Below are positions 52,189 to 62,568 of a stretch of 64,000 nucleotides of DNA, piece by piece. The notes beneath the pieces were generated by a model that worked only from the letters and a program-made list of their open reading frames with translations, made no database searches and was not told where the DNA came from. How positions within the stretch are numbered: the first letter of the stretch is position 1; each line of letters opens with the position of its first letter. A program made the translations under genes and the position numbers. The stretch is from an uncultured delta proteobacterium (GTDB lineage: Bacteria > Desulfobacterota > Syntrophia > Syntrophales > UBA2192), in contig CAVPJD010000011.1 in the NCBI GenBank assembly GCA_963705165.1, positions 1 to 64,000 on the forward strand, given 5' to 3'.

Positions 52189-54090
52189 TCATTTTGCTAC
52201 CACTTCCCGCAGCGCCGGCTTTGCTGGTCCCGCGAGTTTCCGTGCGGACTCGAGGATCCCTTCCTCGTCGATGCCGTAGCGGTGTCTCAACTCGGCCTGG
52301 CTTGCGTGCTCGACGAACTCGTCGCGGATGCCGAGGCGCTTCACCTCGATGCCGGAGAGGCCTTTCGCCTCGAGCATTTCGAGAACCGCGCTGCCAAAGC
52401 CGCCCGCAAGGACGTTCTCCTCCACGATGAGAACCTTCCCCGTTGCCGATGCCACACGGCTCAGGAGCTCCTCGTCGAGGGGTTTCACGAAGCGGCAGTT
52501 GACCACGGTGGCGTCGATTCCTTCCTCTCGCAGTCGCTTTGCGGCATTTAGGGACGGCTCAACCGTGTAGCCGATGGCGAAAATGGCCACGTCCCCGCCC
52601 TCCAGGAGAATCTCGGCCTTGCCGATCTCGATGGCTTTCAAGGTTTCGTCGAGGGGCACGCCCATTCCCTTGCCGCGGGGGTAGCGAACCGAGGCGGGGC
52701 CACCGCATGTGACGGCCGTCTTGAGCATGTGCTGCAGCTCGTTTTCGTCCCTGGGCGCCATGATGACGATGTTCGGGATGGCCCTCAGGTACGAGAAGTC
52801 GAAGAGCCCGTTGTGGGTCGCGCCATCGTCGCCCACGATGCCGCCGCGGTCCAGGGCGAGCACCACGGGGAGCTTCTGGAGGCAAACGTCGTGCAGCACC
52901 TGGTCGTAGGCCCGCTGCATGAAGGTGGAGTAGATGGCCACAACAGGGATGATCCCCTCCGTCGCCATCCCGGCGGCGAAGGTCACGCCGTGCTGCTCGG
53001 CAATCCCCACGTCGAAGAATCTCTCGGGAAATTCCTTCGCGTAGGCATCCAGTCCCGTCCCGCTGCACATGGCCGCCGTGATGGCCACGACCTTCGGGTT
53101 TTCCCGGGCGAGCTTGATCATCGTCCGGCCGAAAACCTCCGTGTAGCTGGGGATGCCGCTCGAATCCGCGGCGATTTCGCCTGTCCGGGCATCGAAGGGG
53201 CCGATGCCGTGGAACTTCGTCGGCTCCGTTTCGGCAGGCAGATACCCCTTGCCCTTTTTGGTCAGCACGTGGACCAGCACGGGGCGGTTGTGTTCCTTGA
53301 CGTTGCGGAGCATCGTGATGAGATGGTCGAGGCGGTGCCCCTCCAGGGGCCCCACGTACTCGAAGCCCAGCTCCTCGAAGAGGGCCCCGGGGGTGAGGAA
53401 GGACTTGAGGGCCTCCTCGGCCTGGCGGGAGATCTTGACCATCTGCTCGCCGACATTGGGGATGCCCCGGAGGAACTGCTTCACGTCGCCACGGAGCTTG
53501 GTGACCCGGCGGCCCGTCATGATCTGGTTGAGGTAAGCCGAAAGGGCGCCCACGTTGGGCGAAATCGACATTTCGTTGTCGTTGAGGATGATGATGAGGT
53601 CCTTCTTGCGGTCGCCCGCCCAGTTGAGCCCTTCGAAGGCCATGCCCGCCGACATGGACCCGTCGCCGATGACGGCGACGACCTTGAAGTTTTCGCCCTT
53701 GAGGCAGCGCGCTTCCGCGATCCCGGCCGAGGCCGAGATCGAGGTGCTGCTGTGGCCCACGCTGAAAACGTCGTAAATGCTCTCCTCGCGTCGCGGGAAC
53801 CCGCAGACGCCTCCGCTTTTGCGCAGCGTGTGGAACCGGTCGCGCCGGCCCGTGATGAGCTTGTGGGCGTAAGCCTGGTGACCCACATCCCAGATGATCT
53901 TGTCCCGGGGGGCATCGAAGACGTAGTGCAGGGCAAGGGTGAGCTCCACGGTGCCCAGCGACGGGGCCAGGTGACCGCCGTTTTTGGAGCAGGTCTCGAT
54001 GATGACTCTGCGGATGTCCTCGGCGAGGATTTCAAGCTCCTCCTGGCGGAGCAGCTTGATGTCGGCCGGCGAATTGATTTTTTCCAGCAT
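52189..54090 (-). CDS. dxs: 1-deoxy-D-xylulose-5-phosphate synthase
   Basis: GGHLAPSLG, WDVGHQAYAHK, GDG...NDN, IAEQH, YSTF.QRAYDQ. Confidence 0.98.
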   Translation of the reverse strand: MLEKINSPADIKLLRQEELEILAEDIRRVIIETCSKNGGHLAPSLGTVELTLALHYVFDAPRDKIIWDVGHQAYAHKLITGRRDRFHTLRKSGGVCGFPRREESIYDVFSVGHSSTSISASAGIAEARCLKGENFKVVAVIGDGSMSAGMAFEGLNWAGDRKKDLIIILNDNEMSISPNVGALSAYLNQIMTGRRVTKLRGDVKQFLRGIPNVGEQMVKISRQAEEALKSFLTPGALFEELGFEYVGPLEGHRLDHLITMLRNVKEHNRPVLVHVLTKKGKGYLPAETEPTKFHGIGPFDARTGEIAADSSGIPSYTEVFGRTMIKLARENPKVVAITAAMCSGTGLDAYAKEFPERFFDVGIAEQHGVTFAAGMATEGIIPVVAIYSTFMQRAYDQVLHDVCLQKLPVVLALDRGGIVGDDGATHNGLFDFSYLRAIPNIVIMAPRDENELQHMLKTAVTCGGPASVRYPRGKGMGVPLDETLKAIEIGKAEILLEGGDVAIFAIGYTVEPSLNAAKRLREEGIDATVVNCRFVKPLDEELLSRVASATGKVLIVEENVLAGGFGSAVLEMLEAKGLSGIEVKRLGIRDEFVEHASQAELRHRYGIDEEGILESARKLAGPAKPALREVVAK

Positions 54091-54134
54091 GCCTTGGTTA
54101 ACCTGTTCTCTGTGCCTGTGCAACGCGATGGAGC

Positions 54135-55040
54135 TTATGTTTTTCGGTCCACGATGAACCGTGCGATCATCCTGAGGGGCTCGGCCCGCTCGTCCAGCAA
54201 GCTGAGATCGGCGAGGGCCTTTTCCACGAGTTCCGCGGCGAGGCGCCGCGAAGTCTCGACCCCGACGAGGGCGGGGTAAGTGAGCTTCCCCCGGGACTGG
54301 TCGCTCCCGGTGCCCTTGCCCAGGGCCTTCGCGTCGCCTTCGACGTTTAAGATATCATCGGCGATCTGAAACGCAAGCCCCACGTGGCGTCCGTATTCCG
54401 TCAGCGCGTAGAGCGCGTCGGCGTCCGCCCCGCCGAGGATGGCCCCGGCCCGGAGCGAGACCGTGATCAGGGCGCCCGTCTTTCGCGTGTGGATGAAGTT
54501 GAGCGTCTTCTCTTCAGGCGCCTTCCCTTCCGACTCGATGTCCACCACCTGGCCGCCCACCATGCCGAACCAGCCCGCCGCAAGCGCCACCTCCTGGATA
54601 ACCTGGAGCAGCTTCTCCGCCCTCACGACCCCCGTCGGCGTGCGCCCCGCGATGAGGCGGAAGGCGTCGGTGAGCAGGGCATCGCCTGCCAGGATGGCAA
54701 CGGCCTCGCCGAAGACCTTGTGGCTCGTCGGCTTGCCGCGCCGGGTGTCGTCGTTGTCCATGGCCGGGAGATCGTCGTGGATGAGCGAGTAGGTGTGGAT
54801 GAGCTCGAGCGCGCAGGCCGTGGGCATGACGACGTCGATCGGGCCGCCGACGGCCTCGGCAGCTCCGATGCATAGGATCGGGCGAAGGCGCTTCCCCCCG
54901 GCGAACACACTGTATCGGGCGGACCTGAAGATCACGGGAGGCTCGGTGGACTCGGCGGGGAGATAGAGCTCCAGAGCCTGATCGACGAGGGTCTTCCGCG
55001 TCTCGAGGTACTCGTCCAGGAAAATGGGGTTAGTGGTCAT
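54135..55040 (-). CDS. ispA: Farnesyl/geranylgeranyl diphosphate synthase
   Basis: GGKRLRP, LIHDDLPAMDNDD.RRG, KTGAL, FQIADD. Confidence 0.95.
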   Translation of the reverse strand: MTTNPIFLDEYLETRKTLVDQALELYLPAESTEPPVIFRSARYSVFAGGKRLRPILCIGAAEAVGGPIDVVMPTACALELIHTYSLIHDDLPAMDNDDTRRGKPTSHKVFGEAVAILAGDALLTDAFRLIAGRTPTGVVRAEKLLQVIQEVALAAGWFGMVGGQVVDIESEGKAPEEKTLNFIHTRKTGALITVSLRAGAILGGADADALYALTEYGRHVGLAFQIADDILNVEGDAKALGKGTGSDQSRGKLTYPALVGVETSRRLAAELVEKALADLSLLDERAEPLRMIARFIVDRKT

Positions 55041-55269
55041 CTCCTTCCGGTTCGGGCTTGAAGGGCTTGACCTCCAGGTCACCCTCCTTTTTAAGAAGGA
55101 TCTCGATCCTTCGTTCGGCCTCGTCGAGCTTGCGCGAGCAAAGCCTTGCCAGACGAATCCCCTCCTCGAAGGAGGCGAGGGACTCGTCGAGCGTGAGCTC
55201 GCCCAGTTCCATCTTCCGGACGATCTCCTCGAGCTTCGACAGGGCGTCCTCGAACTTGGCCTCTGCCAT
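55030..55269 (-). CDS. xseB: Exodeoxyribonuclease VII small subunit
   Basis: FEDALSKLEEIV..ME.GEL.LDESL..FEEG. Confidence 0.95.
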   Translation of the reverse strand: MAEAKFEDALSKLEEIVRKMELGELTLDESLASFEEGIRLARLCSRKLDEAERRIEILLKKEGDLEVKPFKPEPEGDDH

Positions 55270-55273
55270 GGCG

Positions 55274-56617
55274 TCATTCTTTTTCGATCTTGGTGACGAC
55301 GGCATCGAACCGACCTTTCGCAACATTTATGCCAACGGGATCCCCCGCGGATAGTTCTTTTACATCCCTGATTACCTGCCCTCCGGGCATCGTCCGGGCG
55401 ATGGCGTATCCCCGGGCGAGTACTCCCAGAGGGCTCAGGCTGTCCAGCAGGGCCGACCGGCCCGCAAGCCTCGTCCGCAGGGCTTCCACCTGGCGGAAGA
55501 TACCCGTTATCATGCTTTTCCTTATATTTTCAAGCACAAAGGTGAGGTTTGCCAGCCTTACCCCCGGGCTCAGGTACTGAAGGTGCGTCTCGAAATGGCG
55601 CAGCCTGTCCCGCTCGGTTCGCGCCCGGCGGATGAGGGAGGCACTCAGGTTGTTCAACCGCTCGTCGAGGCCGAGCCGCAAGTCGACAAGGCGGCGCCTG
55701 GGGTCGCGGACCCTCTCGGCAAGCGTTTCCAGCCGGTCCTTCCGGAGCTTCAGCAGCCGCTCTCCACCGTTTACAAGCCGCGCGGTGAGCGCCCGGAGCT
55801 GCTGGGTGAGATCGCTTCTCATGGGGACCACCAGCTCAGCCGCCGCCGAAGGGGTGGGCGCCCGCATGTCGGCCACGAAGTCGGCAATGGTGAAATCGAT
55901 CTCGTGGCCCACGGCGCTGATGACAGGAATGCGCGAGGCGAAGATGGCCCGGGCGACGCCCTCGTTGTTGAAGGCCATGAGATCCTCGAGGGAGCCCCCG
56001 CCCCGCGCCACGATGATGACGTCGATGCCGGGCATCTCGTTCAGATGGTGAAGGGCCTCGACGATCTCGGCTGGGGCCTCGGCGCCCTGCACCCGCACGG
56101 GGGCGATGAGGATACGCACGGAGGGGAAGCGGCGCTTCGTAATATTAAGGATGTCCCGGATGACGGCGCCCGACGGCGAGGTGATAACGCCGATCCGCGA
56201 GGGCAGGTAGGGGATGGGATTTTTGTGGACGGGATCGAAAAGCCCCTCGGCCTGCAGTCGGGCCTTGAGCTGCTCGAAGGCGATCTGCAGGGCGCCGACA
56301 CCTCTGGGCTCGGCGTAGTCCAGGATGAGCTGGTACTCGCCGCGGGGCTTGTAGACGTTCATCCGGGCCCGGCAGACGATGTGCATCCCGTCCTCGAGAT
56401 CGAATTTCAGCACCCGGGCGACGGTCCGGAACATCACCGCCCGGACCTGGCTTGCTTCGTCTTTCAGCGTAAAGTAGAGATGGCCCGAGGCGGGCCTGCG
56501 CAGGTTGGAGATCTCGCCCTCGACCCAGAGCTGATCGAAGGTGGCCTCCAGGACATCCTGGACCTGCCGTGTGAGCTCCGTGACGGTCAGAATCTCGCGG
56601 GTTGAAAAGAGATCCAT
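55274..56617 (-). CDS. xseA: Exodeoxyribonuclease VII large subunit
   Basis: WVEGEISN, SGHLYFTLKD, ARGGGS.EDL, GHEID, PTPSAAAE. Confidence 0.97.
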   Translation of the reverse strand: MDLFSTREILTVTELTRQVQDVLEATFDQLWVEGEISNLRRPASGHLYFTLKDEASQVRAVMFRTVARVLKFDLEDGMHIVCRARMNVYKPRGEYQLILDYAEPRGVGALQIAFEQLKARLQAEGLFDPVHKNPIPYLPSRIGVITSPSGAVIRDILNITKRRFPSVRILIAPVRVQGAEAPAEIVEALHHLNEMPGIDVIIVARGGGSLEDLMAFNNEGVARAIFASRIPVISAVGHEIDFTIADFVADMRAPTPSAAAELVVPMRSDLTQQLRALTARLVNGGERLLKLRKDRLETLAERVRDPRRRLVDLRLGLDERLNNLSASLIRRARTERDRLRHFETHLQYLSPGVRLANLTFVLENIRKSMITGIFRQVEALRTRLAGRSALLDSLSPLGVLARGYAIARTMPGGQVIRDVKELSAGDPVGINVAKGRFDAVVTKIEKE

Positions 56618-56760
56618 AGGGAGGAAGTAGCAGAGGGGGTGAAGCGATGCAAGGAATTTGTGCCGCACCTCTGTCGCCGACAACGCCTTTCGCTCTTTGA
56701 CTTTTTCAAGGCCTTGGGGTAAGAAGTGGCAATAATAACCGGGGGGGAAAAGAGTTTTTC

Positions 56761-57798
56761 ATGGCGAAGAAAATCAGCAAGAAGAAGCAGGATTACCTGA
56801 AATCCAAAGTCGAGCACATCGACATCACCAAGATCAACGCCGTCGACATCGTCAACTCGATGAAGAAGATGTCCTTCTCGGCCCGCGACCTGGCCGAGGC
56901 GGCCGAGATGTACAACCGCATGCTTGCCGACCGCAACTGCGTCATCTTCCTCACCATCGCCGGGAGCACGAGCGCCGCGGGCTGCATGCAGATCTACGCG
57001 GACATGGTGAGGTACAACATGGTGGACGCCATCGTTGCCACGGGGGCCTCCATCGTGGACATGGACTTCTTCGAGGCCCTGGGCTTTCGCCACTACCAGG
57101 GCACGCCCCACGTCGACGACAGCGAGCTGCGCAGGCTCTACATCGACCGGATCTACGACACCTACATCGACGAGCAGCAGCTTCAGCACTGCGACAAGAC
57201 CGTCACGAAGATCGCCGACGCGCTTGCGCCCCGGCCCTACTCCTCCCGGGAATTCATCAGGGAGATGGGAAAATACCTGACAAAAAACGCAAAGAAAAAG
57301 GACTCGCTGGTCCAGCTCGCCTACGAGAACGACGTACCCATCTTCTGCCCGGCTTTTTCCGACTCCAGCGCGGGTTTCGGCCTGGTGCTGCACCAGCACA
57401 AGCGACCGAAGAGCCATGTCTCCATCGACTCGGTGAAGGACTTCCGGGAACTGACGGAGATCAAGATCGCGGCGCCCGCGTCGGGCCTTCTCATGATCGG
57501 CGGCGGCGTGCCGAAGAACTTCATCCAGGACACGGTCATCTGCGCCGAGATCCTCGGCAAGGACGTCCCCATGCACCAGTACGCCGTGCAGATCACCGTG
57601 GCCGATGCGCGCGACGGGGCCTGCTCGAGCTCGACGCTCAAAGAAGCCGCTTCCTGGGGTAAGGTGGACACCGTCTCCGAGCAGATGGTCTTCGCCGAGG
57701 CGACGATGGCCCTGCCTCTGCTGGCAAGCTACGCGTACCACAAGGGAGACTGGAAGAAGCGCAAGAAGTGGAGGTTCTCCAAACTCTATAAAGATTAG
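56761..57798 (+). CDS. Deoxyhypusine synthase-like protein (probable homospermidine synthase)
   Basis: IVATGA, RIYD, FCPAFSDSS.G, GGGVPKNF, EAASWGK. Confidence 0.9.
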   Translation: MAKKISKKKQDYLKSKVEHIDITKINAVDIVNSMKKMSFSARDLAEAAEMYNRMLADRNCVIFLTIAGSTSAAGCMQIYADMVRYNMVDAIVATGASIVDMDFFEALGFRHYQGTPHVDDSELRRLYIDRIYDTYIDEQQLQHCDKTVTKIADALAPRPYSSREFIREMGKYLTKNAKKKDSLVQLAYENDVPIFCPAFSDSSAGFGLVLHQHKRPKSHVSIDSVKDFRELTEIKIAAPASGLLMIGGGVPKNFIQDTVICAEILGKDVPMHQYAVQITVADARDGACSSSTLKEAASWGKVDTVSEQMVFAEATMALPLLASYAYHKGDWKKRKKWRFSKLYKD

Positions 57799-57850
57799 CA
57801 GCCTGAAGAAAACTTTCTACGGGCTCTCGCTCATACAACCGAAGATGACA

Positions 57851-57885
57851 AAGGGCCGGTGCCAAAACGCCGGCCCTTTTTTTTT
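57851..57885 (+). terminator. Intrinsic terminator
   Basis: AAGGGCCGGTG-ccaaaa-CGCCGGCCCTT followed by a T run. Confidence 0.85.
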
Positions 57886-58087
57886 GCAACTCATGACCCT
57901 CCGATCCAAATCGGATGGTCCCATTTCGGAGTAGAGCCCGAAAGGTGCCCCATTCCAGCGACACAGGACTCCTGTGCCATTTTGGCCTGGATTCGAGGCC
58001 TCCCGCCCGTTGCAGCCGCTCTGCCCTCTTTATCGTATATATTTAATATCATTCACTTATCTATAAAGGCGGCTCCTCATTTTCCCC

Positions 58088-58103
58088 TGGCACATCCGAT
58101 GCT
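58088..58103 (+). promoter_or_regulatory. Sigma-54-like promoter of pilY1
   Basis: TGGCACATCCGATGCT (GG-N10-GC) after an AT-rich tract. Confidence 0.6.
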
Positions 58104-58141
58104 CCTGCATGACGGCAGATCGAATCCCAAGGAGGTCAGTC

Positions 58142-61100
58142 ATGATCGGGACGACAAGAGTAAAAGGAAACGCAGCCCACCCCAGGCGAGACACAAGAGC
58201 GATGAGGATCTGGCTCTGTTCGTTCGCAATCCTCGCAATCCTGCTTCCCATGGGACAGGCCTGGGCGGGTGATGACAACACCGAGGAGGGGCTCTTCACG
58301 GCCGTCGCCCCCGATGCCATGATCGTCCTCGATCTTTCCGGGAGCATGAAGTGGAATCCGCCCGGCGACCATGATTCGGGGAACAATCCGACGAATCTTT
58401 ACAGTAATTCCACCTGCTCGGGTCCCTTCTACAGCGATCAGTCGCATTCGGGCTACACGACCCTGTGCTCGCGCTACGAGATCGCCCGGAAGACCCTCTT
58501 CAACATCCTGGACGACAATCGTGACGGAACGATCAATGCCAATGACGAATCGAGCACGAACATACGTTTCGGCCTGGGCAAGTTCCAGGGAAGCGCCTAC
58601 ACGAAGCTGCGCGACATCGCGGCCAAGTACTCCGAGATCTATTGCGGCAGCGCCTCCTGCACCGTGGATGAGGCCGCGAACGGCACGCAGAACATCCGCT
58701 ACTCGATGAGCTCTTCCAACGTCAGCGGAGCCACCCCCCTCGTCTCGGCCCTCTCGGGCGTGAAAAGCTATCTCGACACGCACAAGACAACCGATTCCTA
58801 CCAGAGCTGCCGCCAGAAGTTCGTCATCCTCGTCTCCGACGGGGCCGACACGGTGAGCTGCAGCGGCGCGGGCTACGACACCCAGGCCGACCAGTACAAA
58901 CGCAGGCGCGACTCGGTGCTGGCGGCCAAGGCCCTGGCCGACGCAGGCTACAAGGTTTTCGTCATCGGCATGGGGAGCAGCATGCCGGACTACCTGAAGA
59001 ACACCCTCAACTGGATGGCCTACTGGGGCGGGACTGACAACCCCCTGATCCCGAATGCCGGTTCCACGTCGGGTATTGATCCCGCCGCGGTTTCCTCCTG
59101 CGGCAGCTCCTCCACGACGGGCACCTGCGACGGGACGAGCGATCAGTGCTTCGCCACCTCCAATGACCCGGGAACGGCGCCCCTTTCGGGCTATGCCTTC
59201 CTGGCCAACAACGCCGCAGAGCTCGAGGCGGCCTTCCGGCAGGCCATCAACCACATCCGGGAGGCGACGTATTCCTTCACGCAATCCTCCGTGGCCTCAT
59301 CGCGGCTCATCGACGAGAATTACCTCTACGAGGCAACCTTCCAACCCGCGAACGGGGAGCCCTTCTGGCAGGGCCACATCAAGAAGTACAATATCAACGC
59401 CGATGGCAGCATCGGGAGCGTGGCCTGGGACGCAGGTTCGGTACTCCAGGCAACCTCGGCCGGCTCGCGGACGATCTACACCTACAAGTCGGGCGCGCAG
59501 ACCGCTTTCACCGCATCCGGCATCACCAGCGCCGATCTCAACGTGGTCGACGACACGAGGCGAAACGAGGTGGTGGGCTTCATCCGGGGCGAAAGCACCT
59601 ACAACCCCGACAACTGGAAGCTGGGCGACACCTTCCGCTCGAACCCGATCACGGTGGGCACGCCCGCGCAGTATTACAGGGACAACCGGGACGCGGCCAA
59701 TGCCTTTGCAACCTTCCGCACCAATAACGTCCGCTCGACGGCCAACGGCAAGCGAATCGTCCTGGCGGGCGCCAATGACGGCCAGATCCATGCCTTCCGC
59801 ACCAGCGACGGGGCCGAGCTCTGGAGCTTCATCGCGCCGAACCTCCTGAGCAAGCTCAAGGACATCGCCCACTCCTCACATCCCACGGGCCTGACCCACC
59901 AGTACTACGTCGACGGCCCCATCAGTGTCGCCGACGTGTGGCTGGGAAGCGGCGACGGGACGACGAAAAGCGCCTCGGACTGGAAGACCCTGCTGGTCTT
60001 CGCCCAGGGCAGGGGCGCCACGCAAACCCTCTGGAGTTCGTCGAGCTCCTGCGACGGCGGCTTCAGCAACGTCTACTCTGCCGGCAACCCCTACTACTGC
60101 GGCTACCACGCCCTGGACATCACGAACACGGCAGCCCCCGCCTACAAGTGGCGCATCGCCCCGTCGGCAAGCCAGGCCCCTTATCTCGGCGAGCCCTGGA
60201 GCAAGATGATGGTGAGCCGGGTGAAAGTCGGCGGCGTCGAGAAGTGGGTCGGCTTCTTCGGCGGGGGACACAACTTCTCGAGCTGCACCGGGGCGGGCTG
60301 CGACACCCGGGGGAAAGGGTTCTTCGTCGTCGAGCTGGCCACCGGCAACGTCCTGTGGAGCCTTACCCTGGCCGACAACTCGGACATGGCCTATTCGATG
60401 CCCGGAACCCCGACGATGATCGACTCCGACAACGACGGCTTCATCGACCTGGCCTATATCGGCGATCTGGGAGGCAATCTCTGGCGCTTCAAATTCTGCT
60501 CTGACGCCGATGGCAGCCCCTGCGGGACCTCGAACTGGACCGGCTCGCGGCTCTACGCACGGGAGGCCGGCATCGGGCCCGTCTACGATGCCCCAACCGC
60601 GACCCGGGACACCAGCGGCAACATCTGGCTCTACTGGGGCACCGGCGACAAGGCCGAGCCCATCGTCGTGGGCGGCGGCACGGACCGGCTCTTTGCCGTG
60701 AAGGACACCACGATGACCGGCACGGTTCGGCTCAGCAACCTCGAAAATATCACGGCCAGCACCTATACCGACAACGCAACAAAGGCCGGCTGGTACATCA
60801 ACCTTGCTGGGGCCGGCGAGAAGTGCCTCTCCGATTCCTCCATCTTCGGGGGCCAGGTCTACTTCACCACCTACACCCCCGCAACCGGCTCCAGCGATCC
60901 CTGCAGCCAGGCGGGCACGGCAAAGCTCTACGCTGTCAACTACATCAGCGGCTCCGGATCCCTCTCGGGGGGCAGCCGCAGCATGACACTCGGCGTGGGC
61001 ATCCCCACGGCGCCCGTTCTGTCCATGAACCCTTACGGCAGTACCCCGGATCTCTATGTCACCGTCAGTGGCGGCGCGGGGATCGGCTCGAACACCCAGA

Positions 61101-61174
61101 AGGCGACCGTCAACCCGCCCTCGATCGCCAACCGGACCAACATCCTGCACTGGAGGGACCGGCGGATTCAGTAG
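58142..61174 (+). CDS. pilY1: PilY1/PilC-family pilus tip adhesin with vWA domain
   Basis: MIDAS DLSGS, GATPL, LVSDG; propeller motifs GANDGQIHAF, YYVDG, DSDNDGFIDLAYIGDLGGNLWRF, YWGTG, GWYINL; GGAGG RBS before 58142. Confidence 0.9.
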   Translation: MIGTTRVKGNAAHPRRDTRAMRIWLCSFAILAILLPMGQAWAGDDNTEEGLFTAVAPDAMIVLDLSGSMKWNPPGDHDSGNNPTNLYSNSTCSGPFYSDQSHSGYTTLCSRYEIARKTLFNILDDNRDGTINANDESSTNIRFGLGKFQGSAYTKLRDIAAKYSEIYCGSASCTVDEAANGTQNIRYSMSSSNVSGATPLVSALSGVKSYLDTHKTTDSYQSCRQKFVILVSDGADTVSCSGAGYDTQADQYKRRRDSVLAAKALADAGYKVFVIGMGSSMPDYLKNTLNWMAYWGGTDNPLIPNAGSTSGIDPAAVSSCGSSSTTGTCDGTSDQCFATSNDPGTAPLSGYAFLANNAAELEAAFRQAINHIREATYSFTQSSVASSRLIDENYLYEATFQPANGEPFWQGHIKKYNINADGSIGSVAWDAGSVLQATSAGSRTIYTYKSGAQTAFTASGITSADLNVVDDTRRNEVVGFIRGESTYNPDNWKLGDTFRSNPITVGTPAQYYRDNRDAANAFATFRTNNVRSTANGKRIVLAGANDGQIHAFRTSDGAELWSFIAPNLLSKLKDIAHSSHPTGLTHQYYVDGPISVADVWLGSGDGTTKSASDWKTLLVFAQGRGATQTLWSSSSSCDGGFSNVYSAGNPYYCGYHALDITNTAAPAYKWRIAPSASQAPYLGEPWSKMMVSRVKVGGVEKWVGFFGGGHNFSSCTGAGCDTRGKGFFVVELATGNVLWSLTLADNSDMAYSMPGTPTMIDSDNDGFIDLAYIGDLGGNLWRFKFCSDADGSPCGTSNWTGSRLYAREAGIGPVYDAPTATRDTSGNIWLYWGTGDKAEPIVVGGGTDRLFAVKDTTMTGTVRLSNLENITASTYTDNATKAGWYINLAGAGEKCLSDSSIFGGQVYFTTYTPATGSSDPCSQAGTAKLYAVNYISGSGSLSGGSRSMTLGVGIPTAPVLSMNPYGSTPDLYVTVSGGAGIGSNTQKATVNPPSIANRTNILHWRDRRIQ

Positions 61175-61193
61175 GCCCAGAGAGAGGATGGCG

Positions 61194-61226
61194 AAAAAGG
61201 CCGCCCCGGCAACGGGGCGGCCTTTT
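61194..61226. terminator. Bidirectional terminator
   Basis: AAAAGGCCGCCCCG-gcaa-CGGGGCGGCCTTTT. Confidence 0.9.
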
Positions 61227-61256
61227 AAATTTGTACGGTCACTTTTTTCCGCCGTT

Positions 61257-61691
61257 TCAGGAAGTTCCCCCCTCCAGTTCGGCAATCCGTCGCTTCAGAT
61301 TCTCCGGCACGGCGGCCTTGCGGTTTGCCCGGTAATCGTAGCAGACCAGGGTCCCCTCCCCCTCGGCGGCCAGGCGGCCCAGCCGGTGGCTGAAGACGGC
61401 ATAGCGCATGACGAAGCGGTCCTCGCCGATGCTCGCCACCCGCGCCCCGATCGAAACCGTGTCTGGATAGGACAGGGCTGCGCGGAAACGGCAGGTCGTC
61501 TCGGCCAGGATCGGGCCTATGGGGTCCCTGCCCAGAAATTCCGGGACATCGAGCTTCTCGAAATAGGCGATCCGGGCTGTCTCGAAGTAGCGAAAGTAGA
61601 CGATATTGTTAACGTGGCCGAAGGCGTCCATCTCCCCCCAGGCCACGGGGGTTTCCATAACAACAGGATAATCAGCCAGCACTTTTTCCAT
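61257..61691 (-). CDS. Acyl-CoA thioesterase (4HBT family)
   Basis: VAWGEMDAFGHVNNIVYFRYFETAR. Confidence 0.92.
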   Translation of the reverse strand: MEKVLADYPVVMETPVAWGEMDAFGHVNNIVYFRYFETARIAYFEKLDVPEFLGRDPIGPILAETTCRFRAALSYPDTVSIGARVASIGEDRFVMRYAVFSHRLGRLAAEGEGTLVCYDYRANRKAAVPENLKRRIAELEGGTS

Positions 61692-62204
61692 CACCACTCC
61701 TCCTTGCCGTTTCAGCAGTTCCATCTTAACAGATTACCCCGCCCCACTCAATCACATGAAACCCCTCAAAGCCCCCGTCGACGTGAAACCGCAGCCCCTT
61801 GCCAGGGCCCGGCAGGGCGGGACCGGGCAGGCGGCATCAAGGGGCTTTGTCGCAAAAACTGCCGATGCCGTGAAGGCCGCTAACCCTTCGCCCAAGGCAC
61901 CCTGAAAAGATAGGGGTAAGCTGTATTTTGCACAGGTTCCTGGTTTTTTCGATGTTCCTGAAATCGGAAACGGCAATCCAGAAATGCAGTATTCCAGTTT
62001 GGCACAACATTTTTAACTCCTTGAATTAAATAATCAATTCAAAGACAGCCCCTCCAATTACGCATCCCGTGCCGATCATGTCCTCGATCTGCTGTTGAGC
62101 TCAAATTACCTAACGTGCTGTTTTTAAAAGTTATTATATCGATCGCCTTCTTTGGTGCGTAAGATGCTCTTCTTCCGGGTAAACGATGACGGAGGAATCA
62201 ATCG

Positions 62205-62444
62205 ATGAACGCGACGATAGCAGAAACCCTGATCGGCCAGAATGAGATCGGCCACGAGAAAATCGGAAACGACTACCAGATCTATCACCAGATCGTGGAA
62301 GTGGACTCGGCCGATGACAGCATGATCTTCACGATCATCGATCTCTTCATGGTCCTTCTGGTTTATCTCGGCCCTGTGGTCGCCTTCGGATACCTGGTTG
62401 CTCCCGTCGTCGCCCGCCTGCTGAGAATGCCTGTACCGAATTAA
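62205..62444 (+). CDS. Small membrane protein
   Basis: GGAGG RBS; C-terminal hydrophobic segment; followed by a long hairpin. Confidence 0.6.
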   Translation: MNATIAETLIGQNEIGHEKIGNDYQIYHQIVEVDSADDSMIFTIIDLFMVLLVYLGPVVAFGYLVAPVVARLLRMPVPN

Positions 62445-62471
62445 TCGGCACAACGGATACGATATGCGTCA

Positions 62472-62515
62472 CCTCATCGCCGGGACCGGATGAAAGACCG
62501 GTCCCGGCGATGAGG
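62472..62515. terminator. Perfect 18-bp inverted repeat between convergent genes
   Basis: CCTCATCGCCGGGACCGG-atgaaaga-CCGGTCCCGGCGATGAGG; no U-tract. Confidence 0.6.
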
Positions 62516-62568
62516 GTCCCTCTCTGCTCAGGCCCCCCCTCCCGATCAATGTCGGGCCCGGGCTTTGT

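Noticed and set aside
61999..62016. TTGGCAC sigma-54 half-site (also minus strand near 29172)
   Set aside because: No GC at the -12 position.
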